From contig JBDSKE010000003.1 in NCBI GenBank assembly GCA_039917105.1, forward strand, positions 1 to 54,251: DNA of 54,251 bases. Reading direction: 5' to 3'. The notes below the pieces were generated by a model. The model was given only the letters and a program-made list of their open reading frames with translations, searched no databases and had not been told where the DNA came from. The position numbers and the translations under genes are program-made. This DNA is from Candidatus Eiseniibacteriota bacterium. Its GTDB lineage: Bacteria; Eisenbacteria; RBG-16-71-46. How positions within the stretch are numbered: the first letter of the stretch is position 1; every line of letters begins with the position of its first letter. This document shows, one piece after another, positions 1 through 7,650 of this stretch.

Positions 1-4
1 AATA

Positions 5-2527
5 GTGCCCTCCAAGAAAGCGCTGTTGTGGGCCGGCCCACTGCGCCACCTGAACAAGGCGCGGGCGGCAGCCAAGCTCGCAAAGTCCAAGCATGCCAAG
101 CCCGGCGTCACCGTCAAGAAGGCGTTCCAGGAAGCCGACGCGGCATCCAATGAGCCACGCACCTGGACCGGCCTCACCAACCCCATGTCGGCCTCGGCCA
201 CAACCGCCACGCCGGCGAACACTCGCGCGAATAATCCGGCCATCGACGTCGGGCCATCCTCAGGGCAGTCCGAAAGCAGCATCGCCGCTCTGGGCGACCA
301 AGTCGTGGTCGCTTGGAACGATGGGGACGGCTTCGTCACCAACGGCGACACCCAAGGCTTCGCGTGGTCCGCAAATGGCGGAGCGACCTTCACCGATGGC
401 GGCGACGTGGTACATGCTTCGCTGGCGACCTATCCGGGCTTCTCCTGGACCAGCGATCCAGTGCTTACTGTGAACGAGAAAACCGGCGAGTTCTGGTACT
501 GCGGCCTGTTCGATTATAACAACGGTGCCAACAACGGCATCGGCGTCGCACGCGGCCGCTTCACCGCCGGAGTGTTCGCCTTCGACAGTGTGTTCGTGGT
601 CCGCACCGCGGTGAGTGCCTCGGAGTTCCTCGACAAGCAGTGGGTCGCCGTGGACTCCCTCTCGGGCAATCTCTACGTCACGAACACCACATTCAACACG
701 ATCGACTTGATTGACTACTACCGCTCCACCAACGGTGGGCGCACTTGGACTGGTGCGGCCAAGCTGTCCTCTGCACTGGACGATGGTTTCGTGCAGGGTT
801 CACGCGTGGCGATCGGTCCGGCCGGTGAAGTGCACGTGACCTGGTTCGCGGTCGATCAGGTGACCGACCCGGATAACTTCCGCTACCGCAAGAGCACCAA
901 CTTCGGGGTCAGCTTTGATTCCGAGGTGAATGCCGTGAAGACAATCGCCAATAACTTCGCCGGAGGCCCCGCGTTCAATCGCGAGCGCGCCTCCACATTC
1001 CCGAGTATCGCGGTCGACCGCACCACCAGCAGCACGCGTGGTCGCGTCTATCTTGGCTGGCACGAGAGCTACAACTTCTGGGACGACTTCTTCCCCGCGC
1101 CGACCGCGGGCGCAGCCAGGAGCGAAGTGGAGAGCAACAACTCCACCATCACTGCCACGCCATTCACCTTGGGCAATGTGCTTCGAGGGACGCTCGCCAA
1201 GACCCTTAACACGCTGGATACCGACTATTGGTCCGTCTCGCTCACGGCGGGCCAGAACATGTATGTCTACCTCGACTCACTCAGCGCGGGTCGTGCGTGG
1301 ACCCTGCGACTGTTCGCGCCGACGCCGGATCAAACGCAACGGCTCGTCTACACGGGTCGGCCGGACAGCACGAGTGGCGCCACCACTGCGCGATTCGTGT
1401 TCACGGCGCCTACGAACGGCACCTACTACATGCGCCTGGCGCAGGTCAGCAGCCGATCCGTTTTCTACCGCGTCCGCACGATGGTGGCTTCCTCGGCCGG
1501 CGATCGCAGCCGCGACCAGCGGGATGCCTTCACGACCTACTCGGACAACGGCAGCGCTTGGACCACGCCGGTGCGTGTGAACGATGACCCGATCGGCTTC
1601 GACAACTTCCTACCCGAGGTGATCGTCGGTGGCGACGGAATCCCCTACATGCACTGGTACGACCATCGCGATGATCTCTACGGTTCACGGGCGTGGATCT
1701 ACACATCACGCGCAGGGGCGTTCGGGGGCGCGTGGCAGGCCGGCACCAAGCTGGGCACCGCGCAGAGCAACTTCAGCACATCGAGCAGCAACATCGCGCC
1801 CAACCACGGTGACTACAACCATTTCGCCGCCAGTACCTCACGCGTGCACGCGTCATGGTCGGATGGTCGTGGCGCGAATGTCGATACCTGGTCCGCCGCC
1901 ATGACGACGACCTGCGGGATCACTTCGGGTCCCAATGACACGACCATGGTGGCGAACTCCAACGCCGACTTCGGTTGGACGCTACGAAACGACAACGAGC
2001 TGTTCTCGGGTCTGTACTCCGTCTCGTACACAGACACACGCGGCTGGCTCACCGGCGCCCCGACACCCATCACACTGGCCGCGGAGCAGAGCTTCTTCCA
2101 GACACGCAACATCGCGGTGCCGGATACGGCCGTGTCGGGCGTGAACACGGTGTGCTTGACGCTCACCAACTCGACCGGCGCGGTGGTGAAGCAGGACTGC
2201 TTCGCGATCACGGTGCAGGGGGGTGCGCTCGCTGTGGGCGATCAACTCACCGGCTTCGCGTTGGCCCCGAGCGTACCGAATCCCGCATTCAAGCAGGCCC
2301 GCTTGGCGTTCTCGCTGCCCGTCTCGGGCCGTGTCAGCCTTGCGATATTCGACCTATCGGGCGCGCGGGTGCGGCAACTGGTGGACGGAGAGTTGGCGGC
2401 CGGTCAGCACAGCGTGGTCTGGGACGGCACGGATGCGCGTGGCCAGCGAGTCAAGTCAGGAGCCTACTTCTACCGGCTCGAGAGCAACGGCCAGACCAGG
2501 ACCCAGCGCATGGTGTTCATGAAGTGA
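5..2527 (+). CDS. Secreted BNR/Asp-box (sialidase-fold) beta-propeller protein with an inserted PPC-like domain and a C-terminal FlgD-Ig/Por-tail-like domain; the 5' end may lie beyond the window
   Basis: 840-aa ORF. Repeated Asp-box motifs SANGGATF, STNGGRTW, STNFGVSF, SDNGSAWT. PPC-like stretch DTDYWSVSLTAGQNMYVYLDS...GTYYMRLAQ. The last ~85 aa (PNPAFKQARLAFSLPVSGRVSLAIFDLSGARVRQL...WDGTDARGQRVKSGAYFYRL) fit the FlgD-Ig/T9SS-tail pattern. No signal peptide follows the GTG at 5, and the frame is open to the window edge. Confidence 0.8.
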   Translation: MPSKKALLWAGPLRHLNKARAAAKLAKSKHAKPGVTVKKAFQEADAASNEPRTWTGLTNPMSASATTATPANTRANNPAIDVGPSSGQSESSIAALGDQVVVAWNDGDGFVTNGDTQGFAWSANGGATFTDGGDVVHASLATYPGFSWTSDPVLTVNEKTGEFWYCGLFDYNNGANNGIGVARGRFTAGVFAFDSVFVVRTAVSASEFLDKQWVAVDSLSGNLYVTNTTFNTIDLIDYYRSTNGGRTWTGAAKLSSALDDGFVQGSRVAIGPAGEVHVTWFAVDQVTDPDNFRYRKSTNFGVSFDSEVNAVKTIANNFAGGPAFNRERASTFPSIAVDRTTSSTRGRVYLGWHESYNFWDDFFPAPTAGAARSEVESNNSTITATPFTLGNVLRGTLAKTLNTLDTDYWSVSLTAGQNMYVYLDSLSAGRAWTLRLFAPTPDQTQRLVYTGRPDSTSGATTARFVFTAPTNGTYYMRLAQVSSRSVFYRVRTMVASSAGDRSRDQRDAFTTYSDNGSAWTTPVRVNDDPIGFDNFLPEVIVGGDGIPYMHWYDHRDDLYGSRAWIYTSRAGAFGGAWQAGTKLGTAQSNFSTSSSNIAPNHGDYNHFAASTSRVHASWSDGRGANVDTWSAAMTTTCGITSGPNDTTMVANSNADFGWTLRNDNELFSGLYSVSYTDTRGWLTGAPTPITLAAEQSFFQTRNIAVPDTAVSGVNTVCLTLTNSTGAVVKQDCFAITVQGGALAVGDQLTGFALAPSVPNPAFKQARLAFSLPVSGRVSLAIFDLSGARVRQLVDGELAAGQHSVVWDGTDARGQRVKSGAYFYRLESNGQTRTQRMVFMK

Positions 2528-2601
2528 CCTGGAACGATCCTGGCTCGTTGCCACAGTTGTTTCCAAGGGAACTGTAACCCGAAGCCATACAAAGCCTTGC
2601 A

Positions 2602-2640
2602 CCAACGGCGCTCCCCGCAGGGGGGGCGCCGTTGGCTTTT
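2602..2640 (+). terminator. Rho-independent terminator downstream of the BNR-propeller gene
   Basis: ccaacggcgctcccc / gcag loop / ggggggcgccgttgg forms a ~15-bp GC-rich stem (one G-U). It is followed by cTTTT (2637-2640). Confidence 0.75.
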
Positions 2641-2655
2641 GGGGCAGACGGCGAG

Positions 2656-2721
2656 TGAGAAATAATGCATGCAAATGAGAATTAATGCTTGCGCTCCGGG
2701 CGGCCGAATGTTCTCATTGCA
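2656..2721. promoter_or_regulatory. Tandem ARG boxes (ArgR operator) upstream of argR
   Basis: This is the only strongly AT-rich stretch in the region. TGAGAAATAATGCA (2656-2669) and TGAGAATTAATGCT (2676-2689) are near-identical and spaced exactly 20 bp apart. Each matches about 10-11 of 14 positions of the TGAATwwwwATTCA ARG-box core. A related inverted copy, tgttctcattgca, lies at 2709-2721. The site sits ~40-100 bp upstream of the argR ATG. Confidence 0.6.
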
Positions 2722-2759
2722 CGCTCTTGCATGACCATGCACCCGCTCCGGAGGCCTCC

Positions 2760-3233
2760 ATGTCCCGCAGCCGCAGGCTCACTGTCATTGCGCACATGCT
2801 CAACGGGCGCCGCTTCTCTAATCAGGAGGAGCTGGCCACCGCGTTGACGCGCACCGGCGTCGAGGTCACGCAAGCCACTCTGTCGCGTGACCTGCGCAGC
2901 ATGGGGGTATCCAAGCGCGCCGGGGGTGACGGCACCAGTTGGTATGAGTTGCCGGGGCCGCCGACCGAATCGTTGGACCGCGAGCGCCAATTGCTCGACT
3001 TGAAAGTATTCGTCAACGAGACCCGGCTGGCGCAGAACCTTGCAATCGTCAAGACCCCTCCGGGCCACGCGAGCGCGGTTGCGCGGGCGATCGACCTCAC
3101 CGGATTCGAAGGGCTGATGGGGACGGTGGCCGGCGATGACACCGTGCTGTGCATTCTCGAGGACCTGTCGTTCGCCAAGAAGTTCAAGAAGCGTCTCGAT
3201 GGCCTGGCCGGCAAGACGGGAGTGGGCAAATGA
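2760..3233 (+). CDS. argR: Arginine repressor ArgR
   Basis: ATG 2760 is preceded by GGAGG (2750-2754). Winged-helix segment FSNQEELATALTRTGVEVTQATLSRDLRSMG. C-terminal motif GTVAGDDTVLCI is typical of ArgR/AhrC. Confidence 0.9.
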   Translation: MSRSRRLTVIAHMLNGRRFSNQEELATALTRTGVEVTQATLSRDLRSMGVSKRAGGDGTSWYELPGPPTESLDRERQLLDLKVFVNETRLAQNLAIVKTPPGHASAVARAIDLTGFEGLMGTVAGDDTVLCILEDLSFAKKFKKRLDGLAGKTGVGK

Positions 3234-4294
3234 CCACATCGATCGCACCGGCGGCAACGCCGACCTCGCGCACCTCAGGGCGTGATGCTCGAATCGCAGT
3301 GCTCGGCGCAAGCGGATACACCGGGCAGGAGTTCGTGCGTCTGGCGCTTGGCCACCCGGGACTCGAAGTGAGCGTCCTGGTTTCGCGTGAGCACGCTGGC
3401 CGGTCGGCCGGCGAGGTCATGCCCGGGCTGGATGCACGTCAGGCCAAGTTGCCCGATCCTGTCGCGCCCGATGCATTGCCCGCGCTCCTGGCCGAGGGCG
3501 TATTCGACACTCTCGTCGTTTGCCTGCCGCACGGTGCGTGGCGAGAGTTCTCGACCGAACACCCGGGCCTCGCCCAGAACACCGAGTTCATCGTCGATCT
3601 CTCCAACGACCACCGTGCTGGCGAAGAAGGCTATGTGTACGGCTTGCCCGAAGCGTTCCGGGACTCGCTGGCTGGCGCCACGCGTGTTGCCAACCCGGGC
3701 TGCTATCCCACCGCAGCCACGCTCGCGCTGCTGCCGGCGCTCGAACAGGGCTGGCTCGGCGGCCCCGTCACGATCACCGCGCTCTCGGGTGTCTCGGGGG
3801 CCGGGCGCAAGCCGGCGCTGCGCACTTCGTTCGTCGAACTGGATGGCGGGGCGGCGTTCTACAAAGTCGGCGAGGAACACCAGCATGTCCCCGAGATGGC
3901 TCGCAACATGGGTCGTCTCGCCGGTCACGATGTCGCCGTGGCATTCGCGCCGCAACTGGCGCCCATGGCGCGAGGCATCCTATTGACCGCGGTCGCGCCG
4001 CTGGCTGAGCCGCTCGATGCCCAGGCCGTTGCGGCGGCATACGCGGATCGGTATTCCGACGAGGTGTGTGTTCGCGTCCTCGAGCCTGGCGTCTGGCCCG
4101 AGACCCGCACGGTCAAGGGCTCGAATCGCTGCGATGTCGCAGTGAGCCTGGTGCATGGCGGTCGCACGCTGATCGCGACCGCCGCAATCGACAACCTGGT
4201 GAAGGGCGCTGCAGGTCAAGCGTTGCAGAACCTCAACCTGATGCTGGGCTGGCCAGAACACTGGGGCCTGCCGGTGCACGGGAACCCTTGGTGA
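3230..4294 (+). CDS. argC: N-acetyl-gamma-glutamyl-phosphate reductase
   Basis: ATG 3230 overlaps the argR stop (ATGA). NAD-binding motif IAVLGASGYTGQE. Catalytic-Cys motif ANPGCYPTAATLAL. Confidence 0.95.
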   Translation: MTTSIAPAATPTSRTSGRDARIAVLGASGYTGQEFVRLALGHPGLEVSVLVSREHAGRSAGEVMPGLDARQAKLPDPVAPDALPALLAEGVFDTLVVCLPHGAWREFSTEHPGLAQNTEFIVDLSNDHRAGEEGYVYGLPEAFRDSLAGATRVANPGCYPTAATLALLPALEQGWLGGPVTITALSGVSGAGRKPALRTSFVELDGGAAFYKVGEEHQHVPEMARNMGRLAGHDVAVAFAPQLAPMARGILLTAVAPLAEPLDAQAVAAAYADRYSDEVCVRVLEPGVWPETRTVKGSNRCDVAVSLVHGGRTLIATAAIDNLVKGAAGQALQNLNLMLGWPEHWGLPVHGNPW

Positions 4295-5154
4295 AGCACG
4301 CGGAGCCGATGACGCAGGCCAAGCCTGTTGTGGTGAAGCTCGGTGGCCGAGCCCTGGAAGCGCCGGGAGCGCTTGCAGGGTTCGCTGCTGCGCTGGCGCA
4401 CCTCTGCCGGCCGACGCTCGTCGTGCACGGCGGGGGCGCCGAGGTGACGCGCTGGTGCGAACGGCTTGGCATCGCCTCGCGATTCCATGATGGCCTGCGC
4501 GTGACCGACCCCGACACACTCGAGGTGGCAGCCGCCGTGCTCGCGGGGCTGGCCAACAAACGCTTGGTTGCCAAGCTCCGCGTGATGGGCATCGACGCTG
4601 TGGGACTGGCCGCACTCGATGGCGGCATGCTCACGGTGCAGCGCCATACGAACGCCGATGAGTTGGGCGAAGTCGGCGAGGTGGTCGGCGCCGACGCCTC
4701 GCTGCTGCAGCAACTCCTGGGAGCCGGCCGCACACCCGTCGTCGCAAGCTTGGCGTGCGACGCGACGGGCAGGTTGCTCAATGTGAACGCCGATGACGCG
4801 GCATCCGCGCTGGCCGCCGCCATCAACGCCAGCGATCTGGTGCTGCTGAGCGACACCCCCGGACTCAAGCTCGATGGCGCGGTCGTGACGCGTCTCTGCG
4901 CACACGAACTGCCGTCCACTATCGCGCGGCCCGAAGTCGGGGGCGGCATGGTTCCCAAGCTGCTTGCGGCGCAGGCCGCGCTCGCGGGCGGCGTCGCGCG
5001 CGTGCACATCACCGCTTGGGACAACGACGACACGCTGCACCGCCTGCTGTCCGGCGAAACCCACGGCACGACATTGTCCCAGGATTCCAGCGCCTCCATC
5101 GCGAGCGCGATCCCGATTCCAACAACCCCGAAGGCACCCCATGGCCAGCTCTGA
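4291..5154 (+). CDS. argB: Acetylglutamate kinase
   Basis: GTG 4291 overlaps the argC stop (GTGA); an alternative ATG lies at 4309. Amino-acid-kinase motifs VVKLGGRAL and LVVHGGG. Confidence 0.92.
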   Translation: MKHAEPMTQAKPVVVKLGGRALEAPGALAGFAAALAHLCRPTLVVHGGGAEVTRWCERLGIASRFHDGLRVTDPDTLEVAAAVLAGLANKRLVAKLRVMGIDAVGLAALDGGMLTVQRHTNADELGEVGEVVGADASLLQQLLGAGRTPVVASLACDATGRLLNVNADDAASALAAAINASDLVLLSDTPGLKLDGAVVTRLCAHELPSTIARPEVGGGMVPKLLAAQAALAGGVARVHITAWDNDDTLHRLLSGETHGTTLSQDSSASIASAIPIPTTPKAPHGQL

Positions 5155-6400
5155 AACGCTCACGCCGCAGCAATCCGTCATTCCCCCTGGCTTCGCCGCC
5201 GAGGAGCCGGGCCTGCTCGCGCCCATCTATCCGTTGCCCCGCCTCGAGCTCGTCTCCGGCCATGGCGCGCGCGTGCGCGATGCCCTCGGGCGCGAATACC
5301 TCGACTTCGTGAGCGGTATCGCCGTCAACGCCTTCGGCCACACGCCAGAGGGACTCGCCGAGACGATCTCCACGCAACTGGGCACGCTGGGCCACATCTC
5401 GAACCTGTACGCGAATCGTCCAGCGATCGAGTTGGCCAAGCTGCTGACACGGCATACCGGTTATTCGCACGCGTTCTTCTGCAACTCCGGAACCGAGGGG
5501 ATCGATTCCGCGATCAAGTTCGCGCGAGCGCATGCCTTCCAACTCGGCCGCCCCGGCCGCGACATCGTCGCGTTCCAGGGGGGCTTCCACGGGCGCACGG
5601 GATTCGCTTTGTCCGCCACCTACACACCTTCCTACCGCGAGCCGTTCCTGCCGCTCATTCCAGGGGTGCGCTTCGCGCCGTACAACGATGTGGCTGCACT
5701 GGAGACCGTGCTGGATACCGAGGTATGCGCGGTGGTACTCGAACTCGTGCAGGGCGAGAGCGGCGGCGTGCCGGCAACGAGCGAGTTCCTGCAAGCACTG
5801 CTGGCGCGTAGCGCGCAAGTCGGAGCCACGCTCACCTTCGACGAGGTGCAGACCGGCATGGGTCGGACGGGCCATCTTCTGGCGCAACAACACCACGGCG
5901 TGCTGGGCGACATCACGGTGATGAGCAAAGCGCTCGGCGCTGGCCTGCCCATCGCCGCGGTGCTGCTCACGCCGGCGTTGGCGGCGACACTGGCGCCCGG
6001 CATGCATGGCTGCACTTTCGGGGGCAATCCCGTCAGCGCCGCGGCAGGGGTATGGGCGCTCGAGCGCGTGCTCGCCCAAGGCTTCCTCGAACAGGTGCGG
6101 TGTTCGGCGGAACGCCTCACCATCGGGCTCGAGGCGCTCACCAAGAAACACGCGGCGGTCCGCGAGACGCGAGGGCTTGGATTGCTGCGCGCCATTGACC
6201 TTGCGCCAGACGCGGGCTTCGACGCCCCAGCGCTGGTGGCTGCTGCGCGCGGTCAGGGCCTGCTGCTGATCCGCGGAGGGGAACGCGCGCTGCGACTGCT
6301 GCCGCCCTTGAATGTGACCGACGCTGAGATCGACGAGGCGCTGGCGAAGCTCGACGCCGCGCTCACCCAACTGACGAGCGCGAAGGGGGGTTCGCAGTGA
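5141..6400 (+). CDS. argD: Acetylornithine aminotransferase
   Basis: ATG 5141 overlaps the argB end by 14 nt. Class-III aminotransferase motifs FCNSGTEGIDSAIKFAR and DEVQTGMGRTG. PLP-lysine context MSKALGAG. Confidence 0.95.
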   Translation: MASSETLTPQQSVIPPGFAAEEPGLLAPIYPLPRLELVSGHGARVRDALGREYLDFVSGIAVNAFGHTPEGLAETISTQLGTLGHISNLYANRPAIELAKLLTRHTGYSHAFFCNSGTEGIDSAIKFARAHAFQLGRPGRDIVAFQGGFHGRTGFALSATYTPSYREPFLPLIPGVRFAPYNDVAALETVLDTEVCAVVLELVQGESGGVPATSEFLQALLARSAQVGATLTFDEVQTGMGRTGHLLAQQHHGVLGDITVMSKALGAGLPIAAVLLTPALAATLAPGMHGCTFGGNPVSAAAGVWALERVLAQGFLEQVRCSAERLTIGLEALTKKHAAVRETRGLGLLRAIDLAPDAGFDAPALVAAARGQGLLLIRGGERALRLLPPLNVTDAEIDEALAKLDAALTQLTSAKGGSQ

Positions 6401-7650
6401 AGCCGATCAAGAAAGCGGTGCTCGCGTACTCGGGCGGGCTCGACACCAGCATCATCGTGCCGTGGCTCAAGGAGCATTACGGCTGCGAGGTCATCTGCTA
6501 CTGCTCCGATGTGGGCCAAGGCGGAATGGAACTGGATGGGCTGGAGGCCAAGGCGCGCAGGATCGGCGCCAGCGATGTGATCGTCGAGGACCTGCGTGTA
6601 CCGTTCCTGCGCGACTTCGCCTTCCCGGCGTTGCGCGCGGGTGCGGTCTACGAGGGCCGTTATCTGTTGGGAACGGCGCTCGCGCGGCCGCTGATCGCCT
6701 CACGTCAGGTGTGGTGCGCCGAGCGGGTTGGCGCCGACGCACTGGCACACGGCTGCACCGGCAAGGGAAACGATCAGGTCCGCTTCGAACTCACCTATAT
6801 GGCGCTGGCGCCGCATCTGGCGGTGATCGCGCCATGGCGGGAGTGGGACATCGTCTCGCGTGAGGACGCATTGGCCTACGCCGAGAAGCATCACATCCCG
6901 GTCGCACAGAAGGTCGGCGATCTGTATTCACGCGACGCGAACCTGTGGCACCTCTCGCACGAAGGCGGGCCTCTGGAGAATCCGGCCAATGCGGCGCCCG
7001 AACCCATGTTCAAGTTGACCGCTGCGCCCGAACAACATCCGGCATGGCCCGAGCGCATCACCGTGGGCTTCGAGGGTGGACGGCCGATGAGCATGAACGG
7101 CAAGGCGCTGGGCCCGGTCGAACTCGTCGAGGCCCTCAACGAGGTCGCGGGCCGCCATGGCGTGGGCCGCGCGGATCTGGTGGAAAGCCGGTTGGTGGGC
7201 ATGAAGTCGCGGGGTGTCTACGAGACTCCGGGCGGTACCGTGTTGCACGAGGCGCTCGAGGACCTGTGCCGCCTGACACTGCCGCACGACCTCCTGCACA
7301 CGCGCCTCGAGCTGTCGCACCGATATGCCGACCTCGTCTACAACGGATTGTGGTTCTCGCCGCTCCGGCGTGCATTGCAGTCGTTCGTGGACACCGCCAT
7401 GGAAGTGGTCACGGGCGAAGTCTCGATCGAGTTGTACCGAGGCCGTGCCACCGCGGTGGCGCGCACCAGCCCGTATACGTTGTATCGCCCCGACCTGGCC
7501 TCGTTCGACATGACGGGCTACAACTCCGCACATGCCGAGGGGTTCATCCGCCTGTTCGGCCTGCCTCTGGCCACCGCGGCGCGGCGCGGACAGGCTGCCA
7601 TGGTCACCCCCACGGCGACGCCGCAGGAGGTTGTGCCGCATGTCGGCTGA
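6397..7650 (+). CDS. argG: Argininosuccinate synthase
   Basis: GTG 6397 overlaps the argD stop (GTGA). ATP-pyrophosphatase motif AYSGGLDTS. GCTGKGNDQVRFE is also present. Confidence 0.96.
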   Translation: MKPIKKAVLAYSGGLDTSIIVPWLKEHYGCEVICYCSDVGQGGMELDGLEAKARRIGASDVIVEDLRVPFLRDFAFPALRAGAVYEGRYLLGTALARPLIASRQVWCAERVGADALAHGCTGKGNDQVRFELTYMALAPHLAVIAPWREWDIVSREDALAYAEKHHIPVAQKVGDLYSRDANLWHLSHEGGPLENPANAAPEPMFKLTAAPEQHPAWPERITVGFEGGRPMSMNGKALGPVELVEALNEVAGRHGVGRADLVESRLVGMKSRGVYETPGGTVLHEALEDLCRLTLPHDLLHTRLELSHRYADLVYNGLWFSPLRRALQSFVDTAMEVVTGEVSIELYRGRATAVARTSPYTLYRPDLASFDMTGYNSAHAEGFIRLFGLPLATAARRGQAAMVTPTATPQEVVPHVG

